Below are positions 8,159-16,649 of a DNA stretch of 64,000 nucleotides, piece after piece. Both the position numbers and the translations under genes were made by a program. The notes under the pieces were generated by a model, which worked only from the letters and a program-made list of their open reading frames with translations, made no database searches and had not been told where the DNA came from. Every line of letters begins with the position of its first letter. The stretch's first letter is position 1. Source of the DNA: an uncultured Chloroflexia bacterium (GTDB lineage: Bacteria; Chloroflexota; Dehalococcoidia; DSTF01; JALHUB01); contig CAVSBT010000016.1 in NCBI GenBank assembly GCA_963726245.1, positions 1-64,000 on the forward strand, given 5' to 3'.

Positions 8159-9637
8159 ATGGCCGGTCGCAGGCAGGCGCCCGCCGGGGCCGGGCCCGGG
8201 ATAGGGGTGCGGCTCCGCCCCTACCAGGTGGAGGCCGGACGGGCCGTCCTGGACAGCGTCTTCGGCGGCCGCGGCCTCACCATCTCGGTCATGATGGCCC
8301 GCCAGGGAGGCAAGAACGAGCTCTCGGCCCAGCTAGAGGTCCTGTTGCTGACCGCCCACATCCTCATCGACGCCGACGCCATCAAGTGCGCGCCCACCTT
8401 CGAGCCGCAGGCGCGCCTCAGCATGCGACGCCTGTGGACGCGGCTCCAGGAGGCCGGCCTGGGCCCCTGGTGCCAGCGCGAGGGGCCGGGGGCTATCCGC
8501 CTGGGGCGGGCGCGCCAGGTGTTCCTGTCGGCCGAGCCGGGAAGCAACGTGGTGGGGCACACGGCGCGCATCCTGCTGGAGGTGGACGAGAGCCAGGACG
8601 TGGACCGGGAGAAGTTCGACCGCGACTTCCGGCCGATGGCGGCGGTCGCCAACGCGACCACCGTCCACTACGGCACCGCCTGGGAGGAGACCTCTCTCCT
8701 GGAGCAGGTGAAGCAATCGAACCTGGAGCTGGAGCGCCGGGACGGCCTGCGCCGCCACTTCGAGTACGACTGGCAGGTGGTGGCGCGCCACAACCCGGCC
8801 TACGGCCGCTTCGTGGAGGCGGAGCGCCAGCGCCTGGGCGAAAGCCATCCCCTCTTCCTCACCCAGTACTGTCTGCGCACCCTGGCCGGAGGCGGGCGCC
8901 TGCTCTCGACGCAGCAGCGGGCCCAGCTCCAGGGCGACCACCCGCGCCTGAGCCGCCCGCAATCCGGCGAGACCTACGTCGCCGGGCTGGACCTGGCGGG
9001 CCAGGGCAGCCTCGAAGGCGGCCGAGGCGGAGGGCCTGCCGGGCGAGGGCGTGACCCTTCGGCCCTTCGACAAGCTCAGGGCGCAGCGGGCTCAGGGCGA
9101 GACGCGTCGGTGCTCACCATCGCCCGGCTGATCCTGCCGCCCTCGGACGCCCTGGTGCAGGAGCCGCGCCTGGAGGTGGTGGAGCACTGCGCCTGGGTGG
9201 GCGAGCCCCACGACCGCCTCTACGAGCGCCTGGTCGACCTGCTGCGGGAGGTGTGGCGCGTGCGGCGGGTGGCGGTGGACGCCACGGGCCTGGGGGAGAC
9301 GCTGGCCGCGTGGCTGGCCCGGGCCCTGGGCCGGGACACCGTGGCGCCGGTGCGCTTCAGCGCCGAGAGCAAGTCGCGGCTGGGCTACAACCTGCTGGCG
9401 GCGGTCAACGGCGGCCGCCTCAAGGTCTACGCCGGCGACGGCTCGGCCGAGTACCGGACTCTCTGGCAGGAGATGGAGCGGGCGCGGGTCGCCTACCGGG
9501 CGAACCGGACCATGAACTTCTACGTCGACCCCTCGGAAGGGCATGACGACTACCTGATGAGCCTGGCCTTGACGGTGGAGGCGGCGACGGGCGCCCGGCC
9601 ACGGACGGCTCGGGGCCGCCTGCGGGGGGAGCCGTGA
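8159..9637 (+). CDS. Phage terminase large subunit
   Basis: LRPYQ adenine motif, Walker A ARQGGKNE, Walker B LLEVDESQD, nuclease motifs YVAGLDLAG, VAVDATGLG and HDDYLMSLAL. Confidence 0.85.
   Translation: MAGRRQAPAGAGPGIGVRLRPYQVEAGRAVLDSVFGGRGLTISVMMARQGGKNELSAQLEVLLLTAHILIDADAIKCAPTFEPQARLSMRRLWTRLQEAGLGPWCQREGPGAIRLGRARQVFLSAEPGSNVVGHTARILLEVDESQDVDREKFDRDFRPMAAVANATTVHYGTAWEETSLLEQVKQSNLELERRDGLRRHFEYDWQVVARHNPAYGRFVEAERQRLGESHPLFLTQYCLRTLAGGGRLLSTQQRAQLQGDHPRLSRPQSGETYVAGLDLAGQGSLEGGRGGGPAGRGRDPSALRQAQGAAGSGRDASVLTIARLILPPSDALVQEPRLEVVEHCAWVGEPHDRLYERLVDLLREVWRVRRVAVDATGLGETLAAWLARALGRDTVAPVRFSAESKSRLGYNLLAAVNGGRLKVYAGDGSAEYRTLWQEMERARVAYRANRTMNFYVDPSEGHDDYLMSLALTVEAATGARPRTARGRLRGEP
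9008..9100. repeat. In-frame palindromic repeat (MITE/REP-like) insertion within terL
   Basis: GCCCTTCGACAAGCTCAGGGC nested inside CCCTTCG...GGCTCAGGGCGA; encodes a low-complexity loop. Confidence 0.6.
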
Positions 9638-9638
9638 G

Positions 9639-10029
9639 ATGCAACAGCGCGAAGCCCTGCAACAACGCGAAGCCCTCGGCGAGGGGTGCCTGCTGCTTCC
9701 CGCCCGGCGGGTGCGGGAGGACGCCCTGCCCGAGAACCTGGAATACGCCGACAGCGGCTGCGACCTCTGGGACCGCTGCCTGACCTGCCCTCTGCCGCGC
9801 TGTCGCTACGACGAGCCGGGCGGGGCGCGACAGATCTTCCTGCGGGAGCGGGACCGCGAGATCGCCCGGCTGTATCGGGCGCGACGGGGTGAGCATCGAC
9901 GCGCTGGCGCGCCGGTTCGGCATCTCCCGTCGCAGCGTCTTCCGCAGCCTGAGGAGGGCGACGAGCAGGCGGCGGGCCATCCGGCAGGCGGGGCAGGCAT
10001 CGTGGAGGCGATGGCCGGGCTTCGCGTAG
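9639..10029 (+). CDS. Cys-rich domain plus HTH putative regulator (frameshift ~9880)
   Basis: YADSGCDLWDRCLTCPLPRCRYDEP, then in another frame GVSIDALARRFGISRRSVFRSL (HTH). Confidence 0.65.
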
Positions 10030-10043
10030 CTGGAGGTGACAGC

Positions 10044-11427
10044 ATGAACGGGATGACTCTTCCCCAGCAGCTTCAGCGCATGGACGTGGAGCGCCTGCGG
10101 GCCTACGTCGACAACCTGGCCTTCTACCAGGGCGAGCAGTGGCTGGGCGTGCAGCGCCGGCGGGAGCGCCGCCTGACCTTCAACTACGCCAAGGCGCTGG
10201 TGGAGAAGACCACTTCCTACCTGATAAGCGGGATAACCTTCGCCGTGGACCCCGTCGACCCGTCGCCGGAGGCGGCGGAGCGGGCCCGGGCCGCCGAGCG
10301 GGCGCTCGCTGGAGGTGTACGAGGCCAACCAGCTCGCGCAGCTCGACTTCGACACGGAGCTGGACACGGCCGTCCTGGGCGACGGCGCCTTCAAGGTGAC
10401 CTGGGACGCCGCCGAGCGCCGCGTGCGCGTGTCGGCGCCCGACGTGCAGGGGCTCTTCGTCTGGTGGCTGGGCGACGACGTCTCCCGCCTCTGGCGGGTG
10501 GCCAGTCGCTACTACCTGCTGCCGGAGGAGGTGGAGATGCTGCACGGCGTCCGCCCCCGCACGACCGGTCGCGGCGCCACACGGGTGTCGGCGGGCCTGC
10601 CTGCCGGACAGGCGGGCGGGCGCGCCCGCGGGTCGGAGGTGGTGGAGGTCTGGACGGCCTCGGACTTCGAGCTGTGGGTGGACAGCGTGCTGGTGGAGGC
10701 CAAGGCCAACCCCTACGGCTTCATCCCCTTCGTCATCTACCCCAACCTGCGGGAGCCCAAGCGCTTCTGGGGCGTCTCCGACCTGCCGGCCATCAAGGAG
10801 TCGGTGCGGGAGCTGAACCGGGCCCTGTCGCAGCTATCGATGATCCTGGAGCTGTCGGGGAACCCCATCGCCGTGCTGGAGAACGTGAGCGAGTCGCAGG
10901 ACATCGCCGTGCAGCCGGGGGCGGTGTGGGAGCTGCCGGAGAGGGCGCGGGCCTACCTGCTGGACCTCCTCCAGGGGGGCGGCGTCAAGCTGCACGTGGA
11001 CTTCGTGGACCTCATCTACCGCACGCTGCACGACCTGGGCGAATCGCCGCGGACGGCCTTCGGGGAGAACCGGCAGAGCCTGTCGGGGGTGGCCCTGAAC
11101 GTGGAGCTGGACCCGCTGCTGAAGAAGGTGCAGCGCAAGCGGCTGATCCGCACGGCGGCCTACAAGCGCCGCAACGAGCTGATCCTGCGCCTGCTGGAGC
11201 AGCAGACGGGGGTCTCCTACGCGCCCTACCGGTCGCGCATCGTCTGGGGGGCGGTGCTGCCGCAGGACCGCAGCCGGCTGGTGGCCGACGAGCAGGCGCT
11301 GGTGGCGGCGGGGATCCACAGCCGCCGCCGCGCCGCCGACGAGCTGGGCGTGGAGGACCCGGAGAGCGAGTTCAAGCGCTGGCTGGAGGAGGAGGGGAGC
11401 GCGGGGAGGGAAGGGGCGGGGGCGTGA
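10044..11427 (+). CDS. Phage portal protein (SPP1 gp6-like; frameshift ~10305)
   Basis: LAFYQGEQW..LTFNYAKALVEK, AVLGDGAFKV, NPYGFIPFVIYPN..FWGVSDL and LSGVAL motifs. Confidence 0.82.
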
Positions 11428-11501
11428 GCGGGGGAGGGAGTAGGGAAAGGTACAAGCGGCCCCGGCCTAAGAGCCGAGAGCGCTTATGACACAGCGACCC
11501 G

Positions 11502-12352
11502 CTACACCTCGTACTCGGCTGGCGCCTCTCGGAAGAGACGCATCTGACCGCTGGCTGATCGGGCGGTGATCTTCTCCCAAAAATCCTCGCCCCTCTCGCT
11601 CTTGCTGGCGAACACTAGGTGGTACAGTCCCACGTGACGCGAGTTTGTGATCCGGACATCGTCCACGACCCACGTGTATCCCAGCTTGCGCAACTGCTCT
11701 TCATAGCAGTCCAGCAATATCCGGCTCCGCTCTCGCCGACCGGCCCGAAGTGACCGGTCATACGCGTCCCTCCAGAGCCGCGTCCCGAAGAACGAATCGA
11801 GACTTTTCGGCTCGTAGGCGGCCGCTCTTTTCATACCGCCGACATGAAAGGTGATGACAAGGTCCATGCGGCGGTTGGCGGTCAGCGCTGCGATGGATTC
11901 AAGCGCTATTTGCCAGTTGGACGGGTCAACAAAGGCGAGGTCGAGAGACCGGCCCGGCAACACTGACCGAATGCGAGGGATCACCGCGTTGCAGTCTCCT
12001 GAGAAGTACGTTGCGGTTGGGCCGCCGATCCGCATCCGCCCGTTTCTTGAGTGCCTCAACCGCTTCTGGCTCCAAATCGTTGAAGAAGCATCGGGTGAAA
12101 GGAACGTGGGACCTCAGAGCCGCGACAGCAGAGCCCTCTATCTCATGACTTCCCGCAAAGAGCCGCCCCGCACCGCAGAACAGGTCAATATATGATTCGC
12201 TCGGACCACTTCTTCTGCATCCCCGCGTTGAAGATGTAGAAGTAGCGCGCAAGATAGAACAGCTTGTCCTTCGCCCATGCTCCGGTACGCCAGGCAATCA
12301 GGTCGTCTGAGGCCAGTGCCCACTCCCGACTCTTCTCTGCGCTCTCGCTCAT
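11502..12352 (-). CDS. tcmP: Three-Cys-motif partner protein TcmP (methyltransferase-like); two frameshifts
   Basis: Reconstructed GAWAKDKLFYLARY, YIDLFCGAG, EGSAVAAL, GDCN, LAFVDP and LYHLVFASKSERG..FW. Confidence 0.72.
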
Positions 12353-13272
12353 CTACTCCGCTCGCTTCTGGCCATTCAGTGCGGCGGTGTAGCAGCACCC
12401 GTCGTGCTCGCAGCCCCAGCCGCCGGTACAGCGCGACCGTCTCCTTGCAGGGGTGTACCGGCACTTCGGGGTCGTGGCGGCGTACGGCCTCAATGGCAGC
12501 CTCATACAAGGCGGCGCGCGTCTCCAGGGGGATGCGCTTGCGCCCGTCCTCCGGTGACCTCTCACCGCCAAAGGCGTAGATGGACGTGTCCCTCCCCACG
12601 CGTCGGGCCCAGCCGGGCAGCCCCGGGTAGTAGCGGAGGCTGCCCAGCGTCCACTGGTTTGGCCGGAACAGGTCATAGACGGCATCGATAAGCGACGGGT
12701 ACTCCTCCTGCCAGCCGTCGAGCGGGCATCATAGGGTCCAAACGCAGCGTGACGTAGTAGCCAGCGTCCTTGACCCGCGCGGCGGCCTCCGCGCGGCGCA
12801 GAGGATGCGGCGTCCCCAGCTCGTAGCGCTGCCAGACGGAAGGCGCGTTGACAGAGAAGGCGACGATGACCTGGCCCTGGGGGTCCCACTTCAAGAGGTT
12901 GCGCACGTTGGTCGACTTGGTCACCAGCAAGAGCTTGTGCCGGTTCTGGGCAGCAAACCGCGGCACCAAGTCGTCGACCAGAGGGATCTGCCCGTCCAGA
13001 GCCAGCGAGTCCTCTAGCTCCCCAGCGTTCAACCTCAACTGGCCGGGCTGCGCGAGCCATTCGTCGAGTTCCGCAAGCAGCTTCTCACGGTTGGTGTAGA
13101 CAACGGGGTCTATCCTGCCCCGGAAGGTGCCCTGAAGATAGCAGTAGGTGCACTTGTACGGGCATCCTATGTAGTAGCTGAGCGCATGAAAGGGCCCGCA
13201 GACAATGCCGGGTTTGGCCGTATTGTTGAGGTGGATGAACGCGGACCTGCGCTCCCTGACCTGGTATCCCAA
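12353..13272 (-). CDS. Spore photoproduct lyase-like radical SAM protein; frameshifts near 12720 and 12590
   Basis: GCPYKCTYCYLQ (CxxxCxxC), GELEDSLALD, VTKSTNV, FSVN, YELGTP..RR, LRLDP and CKET motifs. Confidence 0.75.
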
Positions 13273-13381
13273 CGCGCCGCTCCTCTTGTGTCGGCGGAAC
13301 TATACCAGCTAATGCTCCGCGCGTGAAGCCAGAGTCTCCGGCACCCCTGGTCTCAGCCCGCCGCCCGGTGACACATCCCCA

Positions 13382-13411
13382 TTGACCAGTATAGAACATA
13401 TCTTCTATTCT
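13382..13411 (+). promoter_or_regulatory. Second sigma70 promoter with LexA-like box (structural-gene operon)
   Basis: TTGACC, 18 nt, TATTCT; AGAAC-ATAT-CTTCT (13393-13406); same layout as 6993-7021. Confidence 0.65.
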
Positions 13412-13453
13412 CCCCTCCGTCAAGCCCTTCATCCAGGTGAAAGAGAGGAGTCC

Positions 13454-13873
13454 ATGAGCGAGGAGGACCTTTCGGAGTTGCAGGATCGGCTGACCGAGGC
13501 GCAGGCCGAGGTGGAACGCCTCCAGACCATGGCCGCCGACCGCGAGGCACGCGCCGCCCAGGATGTCTACGTCTACTACGGCAAGCTCCACACCCTCGAC
13601 GCCAGTACCTCGACCGTCCCGGCGGCGCTGGAGGACGTGGTGGCCACGGGGTCGGCCGCCTACGCAGCGTTGGAATGGGCCACCTTCGCCACCAACCGCG
13701 TCAACGTCGGCGGTTCCGACGTGTGGCGGCAGTACCTGGTGTGGGGCCAGGAGCGCCTGGCCGCCTTTGCCCGCGAGCTGGCGCGCCGCGGACGGCGGGC
13801 CGGGGTGCGCGTGCGCCGCCTCTACCGGCCCGCCGCCCCTGCCGACCTGCGCTCGACGCCTTGGGAGCCCTAG
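13454..13873 (+). CDS. Probable chimera: scaffold-like coiled-coil N-terminus fused to head-tail adaptor-like C-terminus
   Basis: Abrupt switch near 13560 from acidic coiled-coil (LSELQDRLTEAQAEVERLQ) to YYGKLHTLDASTSTVP..NRVNVGG. Confidence 0.55.
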   Translation: MSEEDLSELQDRLTEAQAEVERLQTMAADREARAAQDVYVYYGKLHTLDASTSTVPAALEDVVATGSAAYAALEWATFATNRVNVGGSDVWRQYLVWGQERLAAFARELARRGRRAGVRVRRLYRPAAPADLRSTPWEP

Positions 13874-13876
13874 CCC

Positions 13877-15853
13877 GTGCGCGCCCTTCCCAGCGACCTC
13901 CTGGCGGCGCAGAGAAGCGCCTCGGCCGTGCCCTACGTGCTGGTGCGCGTGAGTGAGCGCGTCGCCCACGCGGTCCGGCTGCGCTGGGAGCGGCTCTACA
14001 CCGGGAGCGAGCCCGAATCCTACCACGCCGCCACCGTCCCGTCGGACGGCTCGCTGCTGCGGGCCCGGAGCACGGGAGGCCAGCTCTACTATCAGCGCGT
14101 GGCCAACCCCGGGCCGGGCAGCAACTTCTCATCTTGGACGTCAGTGGCTTCGGTGTCGGCGACGGGGGGTCTGGCTCTAACGAGCCGGGGGAGCAGCGTC
14201 CTCCTCTTCTCCGTCCACACCAACAACGTGACCATCCACGTGCGCGAGAGCGCCGACAGCGGAGCGACCTTCGGCTCGCCGGTGACGGTGGCGACGGCCT
14301 CGGGAGCGGTAGTCTGGATGGCGGCCGGCCTTAAGAGCGACGGTACCGCCCTCCTGGTCTACTCGGTGGGGGCGACCGTCTACAGGGTGAAGCGGGTGAG
14401 CGGAGTGTGGGGCTCGCCGGCGGCCTGGAGCCACAGCCTGGCCTCGGTGAGCGGCCTGGCCTGCAATTATTACTTCGACTTCGACATCGCGGTGGCCGGC
14501 AGCCAGTCGGGTGGCGCGACCGGCATATGGACCGTCATCTACGGCGACGGCTACAACCAGACGCTCGATACCTGGTCGCCCCTCATGGAGCTGACCCTGG
14601 CCAGCGCTGGCTCCAGCGTGGAATTCCGGGCGCCCGCTCTCGCCGTCGTGGGGCGCTACCGGCTCTTCTTCGACGAGAAGTACACGGGGAGCCAGGCCTA
14701 CAGCCGCGCCTACTGGACCCATCTGGCCCCGTTGCAGGAGTTCCTGACCAACACCTGGCGTGAGCCTGTCGTCATGGATATCGGTGGCGATTTCGGCGTG
14801 GCGTCTGCGGCCGGGTCGGCCTACGGCTGGCTCTCGACCCCGTCCGGGGTCTGGCGAGCGAGCCTCAGCGCCCCGTCCCTTGACCTCAGCGAGGACATCC
14901 TGGAAGTCTATGTTGAGACGCGGCCCCAGGAAGGACGCCTGAAGGTTGTCCTCCGCAACGACGACGGCCGCTACAACGATCTTACGGGCGGCGCCTGCGC
15001 GGCCATCCGCTGCGGCTCGGAGGCGGAGTTCAGCCCCGGCTACCTGACCGCGTCCGGGCCGCTGGTCTCGCCCGGGGCCCGATACTGGATAGAGGGCTGG
15101 GACTACGTCAACGACCGCGGGCGGGCTCGCTTCGTCATCCACGCCAGCGACTCCTGGGCGCTGCTCGCCAACTGGCGGGCGCGGCGACAGTTCGCCTGGG
15201 AGGCCGGCGAACGCACGGTGTGCGAGCTGCTGGAGTTCGTCCTGGGACGCGCCGCCTTGGGGTTCAGCACTGTCAGCCCCAGCGACGCAGTCACCAGCCT
15301 GTCGCCCGCCTTCACTATCCAACCCGCCGAGAGCGGCAAGGCCGCCGTGGGCCGCCTGCTGGCCATGGTGCCGGACGTGCTGTTCGTCTCGGGCGAGTAC
15401 GGCTACCTCGTGAATCCTACCGCCGCTCAGGCCACAGACTATGAGTACGGGACCGAGCACGCGATCCTCGGAGGGCGCTACGGCTGCCGGTCTGCGTCCT
15501 TCAACCGCGTGCAGGTCTTCGGCCAGAGCCTGATGGTGGAGGACTTCGACTGGACCGGCGTGGGCGACATCTACGACCGGCTGCACCAGGACCACGACCG
15601 CAACCTCACCTCGGTAGCGGCCGCCCAGGACCGCGCCGACGCCTTCCTGCGCCACCAGGAGATGGAGGCTGCCGACGACGAGCTGCTAGTACCCGCCAAC
15701 TGCGGCCAGGAGCTGTACGACGTGGTGGAGGTGACCGACCCGATGGCCGGGCTCTCCGCGGCCCGCCGGCGCGTGCTGGCGATAAGCCTCCGTTACACAA
15801 GGGATAGCCCCACGCCCGCCTACGAGATGCGGCTTCGCTTGGGAGCTGTCTGA
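13877..15853 (+). CDS. Large virion-like protein: N-terminal beta-propeller-like region, C-terminal baseplate hub-like region
   Basis: Ser/Gly/Trp-rich beta pattern with Asp-box-like RESADSGATFG; LKVVLRNDDGRY and PANCGQELYDVVEVTD hub-like segments. Confidence 0.55.
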   Translation: MRALPSDLLAAQRSASAVPYVLVRVSERVAHAVRLRWERLYTGSEPESYHAATVPSDGSLLRARSTGGQLYYQRVANPGPGSNFSSWTSVASVSATGGLALTSRGSSVLLFSVHTNNVTIHVRESADSGATFGSPVTVATASGAVVWMAAGLKSDGTALLVYSVGATVYRVKRVSGVWGSPAAWSHSLASVSGLACNYYFDFDIAVAGSQSGGATGIWTVIYGDGYNQTLDTWSPLMELTLASAGSSVEFRAPALAVVGRYRLFFDEKYTGSQAYSRAYWTHLAPLQEFLTNTWREPVVMDIGGDFGVASAAGSAYGWLSTPSGVWRASLSAPSLDLSEDILEVYVETRPQEGRLKVVLRNDDGRYNDLTGGACAAIRCGSEAEFSPGYLTASGPLVSPGARYWIEGWDYVNDRGRARFVIHASDSWALLANWRARRQFAWEAGERTVCELLEFVLGRAALGFSTVSPSDAVTSLSPAFTIQPAESGKAAVGRLLAMVPDVLFVSGEYGYLVNPTAAQATDYEYGTEHAILGGRYGCRSASFNRVQVFGQSLMVEDFDWTGVGDIYDRLHQDHDRNLTSVAAAQDRADAFLRHQEMEAADDELLVPANCGQELYDVVEVTDPMAGLSAARRRVLAISLRYTRDSPTPAYEMRLRLGAV

Positions 15854-15863
15854 GGGGCTGAAG

Positions 15864-16076
15864 ATGAACCTGCGCCAGGGGACACTGAAGTCGTTCGATT
15901 CCGGCTCCTACACAGCGACGGTGCAGGTGGCGGGAAGCCTGGCCGTCTGGCTGGCCGGCGTTCCCGTGAACCGCGGCATCCCTCAGGGGGAGATGGTTAC
16001 CGGCCGCCGCTGCGCCCTCCTCTTCTTCGACGATGCCAACCCCGGCGACGCCGTGCTTGTCGCCATCTACACGTAG
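15864..16076 (+). CDS. Small beta protein, OB-fold spike/baseplate-like
   Basis: 70 aa, GTLKSFDSGSYTATVQV..VPV..GRRCALLF pattern like gpV/gp5 N-terminal OB folds. Confidence 0.5.
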   Translation: MNLRQGTLKSFDSGSYTATVQVAGSLAVWLAGVPVNRGIPQGEMVTGRRCALLFFDDANPGDAVLVAIYT

Positions 16077-16262
16077 GAGCGCCCGCCATGCCTCCTCGCA
16101 ATCCCCGGCCCACGCCTCCCGCCACCCGGCCGCCCGCAGGCCGCCCGAAGCCGCCGTTGCGCCGGGACGACGTGCGGGAGACGGCGGAGCCCCGGGGCAA
16201 AGACATCCGGGCCGGCGTCGGCGCCGTGCCCGCCGTGTGGGAGGACTGAGAGCTTCCTTCAG

Positions 16263-16291
16263 TTGACACCTCGGCTGCCCCCAGCTACGCT
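16263..16291 (+). promoter_or_regulatory. Sigma70 promoter
   Basis: TTGACA, 17 nt, TACGCT upstream of 16319. Confidence 0.55.
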
Positions 16292-16318
16292 CGCTCCAGC
16301 ACACCAGGGAGGCAGGCG

Positions 16319-16606
16319 ATGACGGAGCAGCGGGAACGTTCCCACGTTGGGCACCGGGTGGTCGGGACCATAAAGGCGGTGAAAGGCAACTGCTCCTGGG
16401 GCCACAAGGTGGGCGACACCGTCGAGGTGAGCGCCCACGACACCGCTGGCCTCTGCGGCTTCCTCTACCACGAGATCTTCCCCTACGTCGTCATGCTCCA
16501 GTTCGGGGGCGGCTTCCCCGCAGCGTGGGGAGGTCCCGACAGCGTAGAGCTGGAGTGCATGGACCGCTGGAACGCCGTCAAGATAGAGCTCCGAAGGGAG
16601 GACTGA
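16319..16606 (+). CDS. TIGR04076-like small Cys protein
   Basis: [22 protein letters not shown] and ECMD motifs. Confidence 0.7.
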   Translation: MTEQRERSHVGHRVVGTIKAVKGNCSWGHKVGDTVEVSAHDTAGLCGFLYHEIFPYVVMLQFGGGFPAAWGGPDSVELECMDRWNAVKIELRRED

Positions 16607-16649
16607 CCCTCTGGGGCCGCCAACGGCAGGCCCAGAGCCGGACCCCACC

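Noticed and set aside
9641-9677. 18-bp tandem duplication (QQREAL twice)
   Set aside because: Only two copies in a probable N-terminal linker; no evident function.
6990-16076. Intact inducible prophage
   Set aside because: No integrase, att repeats, replication genes, CI repressor, capsid, tape measure or lysin are visible, and the region is too short.
16331-16343. GGGAACGTTCCC as an SOS box for ruvB
   Set aside because: It lacks the 4-nt spacer and lies inside a CDS.
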